IMG/VR virus record: IMGVR_UViG_3300042197_004553
Location: 1 to 64,000 of that record
DNA length: 64,000 nt
Direction: 5' to 3' (one strand)
Source: a virus
The notes under the pieces are model-generated. The model ran no database searches. It was not told the origin of the DNA and was given only the letters and a program-made list of their open reading frames with translations. Of this stretch, positions 48,039-57,558 are shown piece after piece (the stretch's first letter is position 1; each line of letters opens with the position of its first letter). Made by a program: the position numbers and the translations under genes.

Positions 48039-50933
48039 TTAATTCATTCTCGGGACAATTGGATAGTTTCCATTAATCGGCTTTTCGTCAGGCTGTTTGT
48101 ATTGGGGGCTGCGGTATTCGGCTGCGAGCGAACCCGGCGTTCCGCGCGCTTTGTCGATCAGGCCGCCATCTTGGTACTGCGCAATTCGCGGGTCTTGCTC
48201 TTTGTACGCGGGCTCGTCTTCCAGCCACTTCTTGCCAGGAAACGGATAGGTTTTGTCGCAGATTTTGTTCCGCACAGGACGCTCGGTCCAGCGGTCAGGG
48301 ATATCGCCGCTGAGCCGGGCCATCTGCTGCCACCGGTCTTCGAACAGCAGGAAGTCGGGAATCATGTAGTCCTCGTCCTTGCGGAATGAGAACTCCATAA
48401 TCGTCATTACGCGCTCGTTTCCCGCGCGTTTGGCCGTATACCAGAATTCTTTGAACAACGCCTGATGCGTCTGGTCGGCAATCTGGGGGATGGTCTCGGT
48501 GACGAGGTCTTCGATCAGGTCCATCACCGGGTTGATTTCGCCTTGGCACTTTTCGTCGCACGGCGCTACGAAAATAAACCCTCGATTGGCGATCTCTGTA
48601 AAGATGTGCCCCTTGGTCAGCAAACAACTGCCGCGTGCCAAAATATTTCCGTCTAACAAAATGTCACGGTCGGTGCCGATCGGGCCGCACAACAGCGTAA
48701 ATTTTTCGGAAAACATGTTGGATTTGCGCGTCGTCCAATCCTCGTCACCATCCCGGCTGCCGAAGAAGTGAAACTCGGCGCCCGTCATAAAGTTGTAAAT
48801 AGCCCGTGATTTGGTGAGGATGTCGTTCCGGGCCTGCGCGGCGTCGATGGTGATATTTCCGTCTTCGATCTCGCCGCCACCGGTACGCAAGTAAATGTTT
48901 TTGGCGAGGCCGACGACGTTCGAGAAAGGTGCCCGGGCGACAACTCCGGCAAACTTGACGTCGTCGCCGCACTGTTCGAAATCATATTCGATCGATTTGG
49001 CGCGGCTTTCCAGCAAGATGCCGCCTTCGCGGTCAGACGTCTCGTTGCCCGCGAACACCAGTACGTTGCGCTCGGCTTTGATCCGGACGTTCTTTTCATT
49101 GGACGAGATATCGACGCTTTTGTTGGCTTTGGTAATGACGTCATTACCCGCCCACGCCTGCACATCTCGGCCGCCTTTCAGCCACACGTCGCCTGGGGCT
49201 GTGATGAACACGCAGCCGCCAGTCATTCGAATTTCCCCGCCGTAGCCGTCGCCGATGACCACGCCGCCGTCTTCTAGCAGCGAAATGTACGACTCGGTTT
49301 CGTAATAGTTCTGCGTGCCGTACCGGTGGTCGATATAGAACTGTTTGGGCTGCTCTTCTTTTAAATACATCTGCGAGCCGGCCAGCATGCCAAACGGCGG
49401 CACTTTCTGGTTGGCCTCGGCGTACGAAAGGTCTTGCTGTTCCCACGTCCGGTAATCGTTCTCGTGCCAGAAAAACGCATGCAGCCCTGAGTAGTTGTAA
49501 AGATATCCGTGCAGATCGAGTACGGCGGCAGCCCGTTGCAGGTTGGGGTAAGCGCTTTCGGTCGTGGCGATATCGCCCGTAATAGCGTGATCAGGTCCGG
49601 CGCCGTACTTTCCCGCGGCCTTGTAATTCGTGGTGGCGTCATCGCCGTTATTGATGTCTTCGGGACGTTTGAGGCGTTGCGGCATCGGCAGCAGCAGTCG
49701 CTTGGCGATGTGTACGCCCTTGGCCGACGCCATAAAAATACGGCCGTCCAGCGACTTATTCTCTTCGCTGAGGCCGAAGGCTGGTTCGGCTTCGTGCGCA
49801 GTGTCTTTCTCGCGCCCGCTTTTGCAGTTGTAGGTAAATCCACCGGCGGTCCCGACATCCGAGTCAAACGGCGTCGGGCCCTTGTCGCTCACAATGCCGT
49901 CATACGTCCACTCGGCTTTACCCTGTGGTGGTGCGTGTACAACCTGCCGCATGCCCTGGCCGAGATATCCAAAGAACACCTGCGACCGATGATACGGCTG
50001 CGCGAACTCATGTTTATTTTCCCAGCGCGAATAGTACGGTTTCTCACGAAAGCACTGGTAGCAGGCCGGGTCGTATTCTTCGACAACAGGTTGCCCGGGA
50101 ATGAGCACGCCGACGGCTTCCCACGGATAAGGCGCGTAGCCGGTGGCATCGTTGCACTCCGCCTGATCCATGTACGACTCGCGCTCGCTGCCGGCGGTCC
50201 ACATCTGCAGGTTGTACCCAGCAACGCGGAGTAGCGAATCATGGTAAAAACCGTACACGCCGCAAAACTCGTTGACGGCAGTTTTAAACATGAAATCGTC
50301 GACCGTGACGCCAATTCCTGTGGTTGAAATAGCGCCCCATTCGCCGGCCAACGTCGCGTCATACGGGCGCCACGCGCTGTAGTCGGCCACCGCGCTGCTC
50401 TTGTCCTGCTTGATGTACTTTTTATGGGCGTCGTCAACGCGGTTGCGCGAGCATTGCGAGATGTAATCGTGAAACGCCCGCTGGCCAATATCCAGCGGGT
50501 CGGGCAGCACACCCAGAATGACGGCTTTGTTGTCTTTATCCGGTACCATGACGACCACCCGCGCGCCGGGTTGTATCGTCGTAATTTCTGTCGCCCCCAG
50601 GCATCCTTGGCCGGTTTTACTCAGCGCGGTTGCCAGCATGGGGCAGTGACCGTGATCCAGATGCACGCGGTAGCAATTCGCGATTGCCGTGCCGTCCATG
50701 ACGACGCCGGTCAGCAATCGCCCGGTGTCTTGAAACCCGGTTTTGTAGCCCACTAACGCCTGATTCGGGTCGGCTACGGCTGCGGTGTGCGCACCCCACG
50801 CGGTCGTGGTCGTTCGGCCCGCATACTGCGTCTGGCCCTGCAGCCGCCGGGTGGCGTAACTGGGGTCGTTATAGTACTGCGGTGACGTGGCAGGCGAGGC
50901 CTGCACGGGCCGATTCCCGCCGGGCAAAGACAT
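48039..50933 (-). CDS. Baseplate central spike, gp5/VgrG-like
   Basis: N-terminal OB-like segment (GVV...YRV...PGARVVV..AVILG) and beta-helix-like repeats SYISLLEDGGVVIGDGYGGEIRMTGG...APGDVWL. Confidence 0.65.
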   Translation of the reverse strand: MSLPGGNRPVQASPATSPQYYNDPSYATRRLQGQTQYAGRTTTTAWGAHTAAVADPNQALVGYKTGFQDTGRLLTGVVMDGTAIANCYRVHLDHGHCPMLATALSKTGQGCLGATEITTIQPGARVVVMVPDKDNKAVILGVLPDPLDIGQRAFHDYISQCSRNRVDDAHKKYIKQDKSSAVADYSAWRPYDATLAGEWGAISTTGIGVTVDDFMFKTAVNEFCGVYGFYHDSLLRVAGYNLQMWTAGSERESYMDQAECNDATGYAPYPWEAVGVLIPGQPVVEEYDPACYQCFREKPYYSRWENKHEFAQPYHRSQVFFGYLGQGMRQVVHAPPQGKAEWTYDGIVSDKGPTPFDSDVGTAGGFTYNCKSGREKDTAHEAEPAFGLSEENKSLDGRIFMASAKGVHIAKRLLLPMPQRLKRPEDINNGDDATTNYKAAGKYGAGPDHAITGDIATTESAYPNLQRAAAVLDLHGYLYNYSGLHAFFWHENDYRTWEQQDLSYAEANQKVPPFGMLAGSQMYLKEEQPKQFYIDHRYGTQNYYETESYISLLEDGGVVIGDGYGGEIRMTGGCVFITAPGDVWLKGGRDVQAWAGNDVITKANKSVDISSNEKNVRIKAERNVLVFAGNETSDREGGILLESRAKSIEYDFEQCGDDVKFAGVVARAPFSNVVGLAKNIYLRTGGGEIEDGNITIDAAQARNDILTKSRAIYNFMTGAEFHFFGSRDGDEDWTTRKSNMFSEKFTLLCGPIGTDRDILLDGNILARGSCLLTKGHIFTEIANRGFIFVAPCDEKCQGEINPVMDLIEDLVTETIPQIADQTHQALFKEFWYTAKRAGNERVMTIMEFSFRKDEDYMIPDFLLFEDRWQQMARLSGDIPDRWTERPVRNKICDKTYPFPGKKWLEDEPAYKEQDPRIAQYQDGGLIDKARGTPGSLAAEYRSPQYKQPDEKPINGNYPIVPRMN

Positions 50934-50991
50934 AAATATACCGGTTATAGGTTACGGGCATATTGCCCCGGGTGTTGCCACCCAATACCTT

Positions 50992-51024
50992 AAACGGCGG
51001 CTGCGGGTTACGCAACCGCCGTTT
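50992..51024 (-). terminator. Probable terminator after the tube gene
   Basis: AAACGGCGG(T/C)TGCG...CGCA.CCGCCGTTT hairpin with a short U tract. Confidence 0.55.
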
Positions 51025-51051
51025 TGGTGTTTAAATCGACGGCGTGTCGAA

Positions 51052-51522
51052 TCAGTTGTATTCGAGGTCGACGAACATGAAGCCCATGTTTTCGGTTACC
51101 ACGATGTCTTGGGCTGTGACCGACGCGCCAATCGTATTCAGCGTCGCCGAGATCATCTTGTACTTCACGCCCTGACCTGTTGCCGCGCACTGCGCTCCGC
51201 CAACTTCTAACTCAAGGTGGTTTTCCTTGGCTTTGCAGATGTCGCCGAACTGGGTGATCATCGACGTAAAATTCTTCGATCCGCCCACCACGCGGCTGAA
51301 CTGCGCCGTCCCCTGTCGCCGGTCGCCGACGTAATACACGGCCGGTGAGCCGATCTCGTACAACATGTTGAGCGACCGCTGGCAGGTGATCTGCGCCTGT
51401 TGCACCAGCGCCCCCACGTCGCCCTTCGCGAGCCCGGGGAAGGTCAGGTACACGTCTTCAGCGCGGATTACGCCCTGCAGCGATTGCGACTTGCCACTAT
51501 AAATAGACTGTCCAGCGGGCAT
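51052..51522 (-). CDS. Tail tube protein
   Basis: 156 aa directly after the sheath; LYEIGS...YYV.....G......VVG. Confidence 0.8.
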   Translation of the reverse strand: MPAGQSIYSGKSQSLQGVIRAEDVYLTFPGLAKGDVGALVQQAQITCQRSLNMLYEIGSPAVYYVGDRRQGTAQFSRVVGGSKNFTSMITQFGDICKAKENHLELEVGGAQCAATGQGVKYKMISATLNTIGASVTAQDIVVTENMGFMFVDLEYN

Positions 51523-51546
51523 AGTGTTAACTCCTTAAGTTTTCTG

Positions 51547-54500
51547 TCAGACCACTAAGTGCAGTTCGATGTTGTTCAGCGGCGCCGGAACAACAAGGTC
51601 CAACACGATTTCGACTCGGTCACGGAGAAGCGGATGCACGTTCAGTTTCCGGATTTCTCCCGAGATCAGTTGCGAGCCCAATTCCAGCGTGTTGCCGTTG
51701 TTGATCAAGAAGTAGATGATCGACTCAATCTCGAACCGCAGGCGACGGATCATGCCAGCTTGCACGTTGGTCCGGCCGATGTACGGCTTCAGCCGCCGCA
51801 GGAACAAGTACGACATGCTGTCCACGTTCCGGCGGATCATCTCTTCCCGACGATTCAGGTCGAGGTTGTCCGTCGTGAGCGCGTGCCGCGTGTGCGGGGT
51901 GCCGTCGCGGTCTTCCGTGACGATCCACACGCCGGCTTCCGCCATACGATTTAACTGCGTTTCGTTGAAGTACTTGTACGACCGACTGTAGTCGTCGAAA
52001 CCGGCAACTTCAACATTTGTCAGCGGCTGGTGCGGCACCACGCCCGACACAAGCCCGGCAAGCGCCGCCGCCAGATAGTAGCCCGGCTGCAGTGTGCCAG
52101 CCTCGCCCACCTGATCGGGCCACACGCCCACCACGCGCCGATTCGACAGCGAACCGGCCTGCTGCGCAATGTCCTCGGCAACTTCGTTGCGATTCCGGTT
52201 GTGCCAGATTTCAAACCGCTGCGCCTGCGTCACGGCCGCGTCGGCGCCCGTGTACAGAAGCAGCGAATTCTCCGACAGCACCTGATCCACAACGTATTCG
52301 TCGTACTGCTCCTCGCCGAGCGAGTCGACGACGAAGTTGTACCGGACGATATCGCCGGGTTGCACGTTATTGGCAATAAAGTACCCGCTCGAACCCGTCG
52401 GGACCTGCAACCGGGTGTACTGGTTGCCCGTCGCGTTCGGGTCGTCGCCGAGCGTCGCCAGCGTGTCATTTTCAATGACATTGCCGGACACGCCAGCAAT
52501 CGGCGCGCCCTGGCCAACCACCAGTTGCTTGGGCTCTGCCTTGAGGGCGAAGAACCCGGCCTTCCAGTTGTTGGCGATCTCGTTCGATTCGCCGGTGATG
52601 TGCGCAGCCCAGAGATTCTGAACCGAGCGATCAAACGTCAACGGAACGAGGTTATACAGATCGTCGCGACCCTTGAGGCGCTCCAGCACCTCGCCCCAAC
52701 TGTCGAGATCAGGGCCGGTTTCGCGATAATTCTCGGCATGGTATTCAACCGGATGCGCCACGGCGGTGTACTTCACCACGGTGCCGTTGCTGTTAGAGAG
52801 CGCCTTGTACACGCCCCACTTCAGCGGATTATCCGGATGCAACTGGCCCGCAATGTCGTCCAGATCGGCCACCGTGCTAATCGAATTGACCTCATCGGCC
52901 AAATCGGCCAGAAATTCACGATACTCGACGTAGAGGGCGCCAGCGGTGACCGGCAGCGGTTGTTCTACGCCGTCCTCGGTCCACTCGGGGTGGTACGCCG
53001 TGATGCCTTCCTGCACGCAGATTTGCGTGTCCTCGAACCAGTAGTTCGTCAGGTTCGGGGCTTCGGGCCGCGTGCGCGACACCTGAATATCGTCCTTGAT
53101 GAACAACTGCAGGTCTAACGACGTAGCTGCCGCCAGTTCCGACGACAGGTCATCGCGCAGGATTAACTTGCGCACCGGGCCGGCCACACTGGACACCACC
53201 GCGACGTAGAACTTGTCGCCCTTGCGCAGGCCGACGTTTCCAATAGATGCCGTCGCCGTTGCCCCCGTGCCGCCACCGCCCGAAAACGACACCGTCGGAG
53301 CCGACAGGTAGCCGCTGCCCGGGTTAGTGAGCGTGATCGCCGTAACCGCGCCAGAGGCGACCGTGGCCGTCGCCGTCGCCTGGGTGCCGCCAGCCGGCGG
53401 CGCCGACAAGGTTACTGTCGGAGGCGTCGTGTACCCCGTACCGCCGGCGTCCACGGCGACCGACGCCACGGGCGAAACAACCGACAGTTTAACTTTGACA
53501 CCGTTCGTGCCGATTCCGATCGACCCGCCGTTTTGCGTCACTTCCGTCGGGCCAGAGAAATCAAGGCCCTTCACCGTCCGCACGGTGACCTCGGGATAGC
53601 CGTTCGCCGCGGCCGAAATCGCGTCAAACCGGCCACCCTTAGTGACCTCGACAATGTACACGTCATTTTTGCTGCCGGCATACCGGGCAAGAATGTCGCC
53701 GGCGGAGTTGGTGGAGTACGGCGTTGCCGCATCGGAAGCGGCGGTCGCAACGCGAAACGCCTGCCGAACCGACACCACCCACTTCTGCCCGGTCACAAAC
53801 ACGTCCGCCGCCACGCCGTTGTCGTCCGCAGCGTCTTCGCACGCGGTGGTAGACAAAACGTTAAATTTGACGCGCAGCCCGCGTGTGCCAATATTTGTAA
53901 ACTCGTCCATATCCGACGGCACAACGTCATCGACGTCGTCCCGGCCACTCGCGCTCCGGACGCGCAGCCGCGCGGCGGCGCACCCCGATACGCTGCTCTT
54001 CACGACCTGAATCGTGTACTCTTCAGCGACATCGCCGCTGGCCAGCCCGTTGTACAACGAACCGTCCACCGTGGTGAGTTTGACGCAGTTTTCCTTGCCG
54101 GCCACCTGCAGGTAATTGTTGTCGCTGCTCGGGCTGCTGGCGGAGGCGGTGACGGTCGACTGGTTGTTGGCGTCGGCCGAGGCCGGCTTGATCAGCGAGT
54201 TGACGGCATCGCTGGCGAACCCAGTGACTTCCGTCCACAGCGTCTTCTCGTCGCAGGTGTCATTCGTGTTCACGACTGTTCGAACGTAGACCACGTCGCC
54301 CACCTTCACGTCGCGGTCGTTGAACGCGCTGCTCCGAGGATACGCCGACGTGTTGGATTTGAACGAGAGGTTATTCGACTGAATCCAGTTCGACTTGCCG
54401 CTGACGGCGGTGATTGTCGTGGCGGTGTCTTGCAGGTCGTGGTCAAAGTACTTGAGGAGCGCGTTGTCCACGTACAGCTTGCCGTACGACAGGTCAACCA

Positions 54501-54714
54501 CGGACCCGGCCTTCCGGCCCGGCCACGGGTAGCACACGTCGGTCAGCGGATCGTACGCGCCAAGCCCGCTGGCCTGTTTTTCGTCGCGGTCGCTGTAGCG
54601 GTGGAGCACAGCATGCGGACCAGCAACGTGCGCGCGGAGCGGTTCAGTAATCTCCGTCGGGACGATGCTGAACTCTTGGAATACCAGAACCTGTGGCTTA
54701 ATGTAACTCGACAT
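51547..54714 (-). CDS. Tail sheath protein
   Basis: C-terminal AAALAGL...PHQPLTN, QLNRMAEAGV, RHALTT, E....RNVD, VPAPLNNIEL; inserted GGTGYT.PPTV repeats. Confidence 0.88.
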   Translation of the reverse strand: MSSYIKPQVLVFQEFSIVPTEITEPLRAHVAGPHAVLHRYSDRDEKQASGLGAYDPLTDVCYPWPGRKAGSVVDLSYGKLYVDNALLKYFDHDLQDTATTITAVSGKSNWIQSNNLSFKSNTSAYPRSSAFNDRDVKVGDVVYVRTVVNTNDTCDEKTLWTEVTGFASDAVNSLIKPASADANNQSTVTASASSPSSDNNYLQVAGKENCVKLTTVDGSLYNGLASGDVAEEYTIQVVKSSVSGCAAARLRVRSASGRDDVDDVVPSDMDEFTNIGTRGLRVKFNVLSTTACEDAADDNGVAADVFVTGQKWVVSVRQAFRVATAASDAATPYSTNSAGDILARYAGSKNDVYIVEVTKGGRFDAISAAANGYPEVTVRTVKGLDFSGPTEVTQNGGSIGIGTNGVKVKLSVVSPVASVAVDAGGTGYTTPPTVTLSAPPAGGTQATATATVASGAVTAITLTNPGSGYLSAPTVSFSGGGGTGATATASIGNVGLRKGDKFYVAVVSSVAGPVRKLILRDDLSSELAAATSLDLQLFIKDDIQVSRTRPEAPNLTNYWFEDTQICVQEGITAYHPEWTEDGVEQPLPVTAGALYVEYREFLADLADEVNSISTVADLDDIAGQLHPDNPLKWGVYKALSNSNGTVVKYTAVAHPVEYHAENYRETGPDLDSWGEVLERLKGRDDLYNLVPLTFDRSVQNLWAAHITGESNEIANNWKAGFFALKAEPKQLVVGQGAPIAGVSGNVIENDTLATLGDDPNATGNQYTRLQVPTGSSGYFIANNVQPGDIVRYNFVVDSLGEEQYDEYVVDQVLSENSLLLYTGADAAVTQAQRFEIWHNRNRNEVAEDIAQQAGSLSNRRVVGVWPDQVGEAGTLQPGYYLAAALAGLVSGVVPHQPLTNVEVAGFDDYSRSYKYFNETQLNRMAEAGVWIVTEDRDGTPHTRHALTTDNLDLNRREEMIRRNVDSMSYLFLRRLKPYIGRTNVQAGMIRRLRFEIESIIYFLINNGNTLELGSQLISGEIRKLNVHPLLRDRVEIVLDLVVPAPLNNIELHLVV

Positions 54715-54766
54715 GCGAAGGCCTCCGTGCCCCAGTTATTTGTGTGCGGTCAAGTGCTTAGCGAGT

Positions 54767-54772
54767 AGTATA
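54767..54772 (-). promoter_or_regulatory. TATACT -10 box upstream of the sheath gene
   Basis: GTATACT recurs upstream of several structural genes. Confidence 0.5.
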
Positions 54773-54815
54773 CACAACCACTTCAGCAAGAAAAAAACAC
54801 TTGTAAAAGCAAAAT

Positions 54816-55526
54816 TTACCCTGACAACAAATCTGACGCCTTGAAGACAATCCGCTTAAGTCGCGGAACGAGCGGCTGTGTGGCCCATGTTTCTTGCGCC
54901 ACATACGCTACCGTGACCGGGACGGCATAGCCCTGAGTCACCTCTTGGACTTCTCCAACACCACCCACCTGCGCGACATAGAACTTAAAAAAGTCCATTT
55001 GTTGCCGGATGAGCGGCGAGAAAAGGATTAGAAATTTAACGACCTCCGTAGACAAAAATTCGGCCTCGGCGCCTGCTTGGGACAGGCAAAACAACGTGTG
55101 GCTCCCCTCCCAAAACCCCGAATACGACGTTTCTCCAGTATAAACATTCTCCACGGATTTGTCACCAATAACGCGGCTCGACCATTGCCACTGATTACGT
55201 TTAATAAGCACGGCGGGGCGCTTGTCCGCGGTATTTGGCGCCCAGCGGGTGATGCTCTCCACTAAGATGCCGTCTGGACTGGCGCCGTTGTTTTCTGGCT
55301 GCCAGCCGCCGACTGCAGTAATGTGCCGGCGCACTCGCGGGTCTTCGATATTCTGTGGGTCCGTGAAATGGCCGATCAGTAATTGCCGTAAAAAGCCCGT
55401 CATGACGTGGGGCCGCATGCCGTAGGAACACAGCGCACTGACTTTGGGGACACGGTTCTCCGGTAAAGAATCTTCCGGAAAATCGGGGCCGCCGACGATG
55501 TCGTCTGGATTGGGGCAGTCGGTCAT
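54816..55526 (-). CDS. Tail completion/terminator-like protein (putative)
   Basis: Position upstream of the sheath; RPAVLIKR. Confidence 0.55.
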   Translation of the reverse strand: MTDCPNPDDIVGGPDFPEDSLPENRVPKVSALCSYGMRPHVMTGFLRQLLIGHFTDPQNIEDPRVRRHITAVGGWQPENNGASPDGILVESITRWAPNTADKRPAVLIKRNQWQWSSRVIGDKSVENVYTGETSYSGFWEGSHTLFCLSQAGAEAEFLSTEVVKFLILFSPLIRQQMDFFKFYVAQVGGVGEVQEVTQGYAVPVTVAYVAQETWATQPLVPRLKRIVFKASDLLSG

Positions 55527-55629
55527 GGCGTCCCCTGCGGTTTTTTATAGAGGCTGATGGTAGGAATCAGTTTAATTTTGTCGAGACGCAGTGTTACAGG
55601 CGGTGGCGCGGCGGGCGTGACTTTTTGGC

Positions 55630-56874
55630 TCATATATCCCAAAATCCGTTGTCGTTAGCGGGTTTCACAATGCGCCCAGGCGGTTTGGCCGGCGGCCGAG
55701 CCGGTCCCCCCGCAAACACGACCGGCAGCGGCGCTTCGGGGGCGGTGACTGTCAACGCCCGAATATCTGGCCCAAACTCGCCCGGCTTTTCGTACAGAAT
55801 AACGTACTGCCCAGCATCCAGGCGAACAGATTGCGTCCATCGACCATTGACCCGAGTCGTCGTCTTCCCGACAGCCAAGTTGCGGTTGATCGGTAGGCCG
55901 TGTGCATCAAAATGCGCTTTGGTAAAGATGTAAATATCGGCGCCGGTGATCGGACAGCCGTCGGCCTGCGTATAAATAAGGTTGTCGGCGCCGCCATAAT
56001 CCTGATCGACCACGACGGCCCCGCACCCGACGATTGGCAGTGTCGGGCCTTGTCGCGCCGGGGGTTCACCGCCGATTTCTAGCGCGTAGATCGGATTACT
56101 GAACGGCAACAAGCCCATTTTGACTTGGTAAACCACCGGGACGTTGCGGACTGCGGCCAGCACCTGAATGGTTTCGACCAGCCAGCGCTCGTCCGAGGCG
56201 CCGTTAATCCAAACGTCGCCTTTGTTCAACGCCGGAAACCCGATAACGCGCGCATTCACGTAGGCGTTTTCCCGGGTGGCGCCTTTTACATTGTTGTCAA
56301 TATCTTCTTGAATCAATTGCGGCGACAGGTCCCAACACTGCATGGGCAGGGTCGGGTGGAAGCCGATTTCAAAACCGGTACCGCTGCACACCGGGCAATA
56401 CGAGTCGGTCACCTCTTGGGTGAGCCCGTCGCGGCAGCGTTTGCAGGGTACGCCGTAGCGGAGCGGCTTGGCCAGATACCCGGGCGCCGAAACCAGCCGG
56501 TGCCTCAACTTTTCTTTGCGGATGATCTCGCGCACCAGCAGCCAGTCTCGCTCCGGAAGTTCACCGAAACAGTTGGCGGCCTGCGAAACATAGGTGCCGA
56601 CCGGCGTGGTGAGTTTCACGCGGTAGTGCGTCAGAATATCGTACCCGCCTTCGCGCCACGCGGGGTCGGCGGCAAAGTACGTGTTGGTGACCGGCGACCC
56701 GACGTTTTCCCAGTCAAACGAGTCGCGGACGCCAGAGCGCCCGAACTGCAGTTGAAAGGTGTAGGGCCCGGGGTCGTTAAATAGCCGCTCTAACTGCCAC
56801 CACACGCGGGTTACGCCGCGTACCATGTGGTCAACAGATACCCGGCGGAACGGGAAAATGCGAGATTGGCTCAT
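55630..56874 (-). CDS. Neck/head-closure-like protein with Zn finger
   Basis: CKRC...CPVCSGTGF; leaderless-type start. Confidence 0.55.
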   Translation of the reverse strand: MSQSRIFPFRRVSVDHMVRGVTRVWWQLERLFNDPGPYTFQLQFGRSGVRDSFDWENVGSPVTNTYFAADPAWREGGYDILTHYRVKLTTPVGTYVSQAANCFGELPERDWLLVREIIRKEKLRHRLVSAPGYLAKPLRYGVPCKRCRDGLTQEVTDSYCPVCSGTGFEIGFHPTLPMQCWDLSPQLIQEDIDNNVKGATRENAYVNARVIGFPALNKGDVWINGASDERWLVETIQVLAAVRNVPVVYQVKMGLLPFSNPIYALEIGGEPPARQGPTLPIVGCGAVVVDQDYGGADNLIYTQADGCPITGADIYIFTKAHFDAHGLPINRNLAVGKTTTRVNGRWTQSVRLDAGQYVILYEKPGEFGPDIRALTVTAPEAPLPVVFAGGPARPPAKPPGRIVKPANDNGFWDI

Positions 56875-56904
56875 AAACCAAAGTATACCTGACCGCTGAT
56901 AGCT

Positions 56905-56948
56905 AAAAAAAAGGCCGGGGAGAGTTCATGACTCTCTCCCCGGCCTTT
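56905..56948 (-). terminator. Intrinsic terminator
   Basis: GGCCGGGGAGAG...CTCTCCCCGGCC followed by T8 on the minus strand. Confidence 0.88.
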
Positions 56949-57558
56949 CCCCCAATCACCACCTTGCGGTGGGCACACTGATTCAGGGCTCGTTGTTCTC
57001 CGGTCGAGGCGGCTACACCCACGCCAACAAACGCGATGTTTGGCGGCTGCTTTTGGCAGGAATGGGGCACAACGAGAAAGCGTACCTGTGTGGGGTATGA
57101 AACTCCCGCGTTTTGCGACCAGCGCTTAACGCAAAAGTCACACAGGCGTGACAGTAGTTTTAATGGCGCCAAAGTTTACGACGGACAGGGCCCCACACCC
57201 GACTTGGCTGTCCTTCTACAACTCTGGTCTCACACTGCAAGATAACTACCTGAACCGGCGTTTCACTGGCTGGCGCATATAGGGCCAACCGGACGTCCCA
57301 GAAAGTAGTCAGAGCCCACTAACGGTGGTGTTACCAAATCACCGCGAGGCTGGCGTAACTGACAAAGTCACACCTTTGTGTCCAAGGGCTCTTCCTCGAA
57401 AGCCTTGATTCTGTTCGAACTGCCGCGCCTTTGCGACAATTCGCCGGGAATGCTGACAGAACCGACAGCGTTCCCGGCGTGGCTCCTTCGAGAACCACTC
57501 GTATAAATTAAACCTAGTTAGGGAAACGGCATACGTAGCCTCCTTTCTGGCGCCATTA
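56905..57558 (-). ncRNA. Candidate large structured ncRNA (~650 nt)
   Basis: No credible ORF; many hairpins; 11-bp long-range stem 57548-58/57161-71; ends in a terminator. Confidence 0.6.

Noticed and set aside
36077-54714. T6SS or extracellular contractile injection system
   Set aside because: Capsid, terminase and neck genes in the same window indicate a true phage
52030-54768. Long plus-strand ORFs opposite the sheath gene (and similar ones at 2502-3551, 25552-26523, 30407-31738)
   Set aside because: Antisense shadow ORFs expected from high-GC codon bias; no recognisable motifs
56903-57245. Short ORFs of 89 and 69 aa
   Set aside because: No SD, atypical composition, and they overlap the terminator and hairpins
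56905-57558. Group I or II intron, tmRNA or RNase P RNA
   Set aside because: No convincing P/Q/R/S set, no GUGYG start with a canonical domain V, no tRNA-like ends and no complete P4 signature by eye
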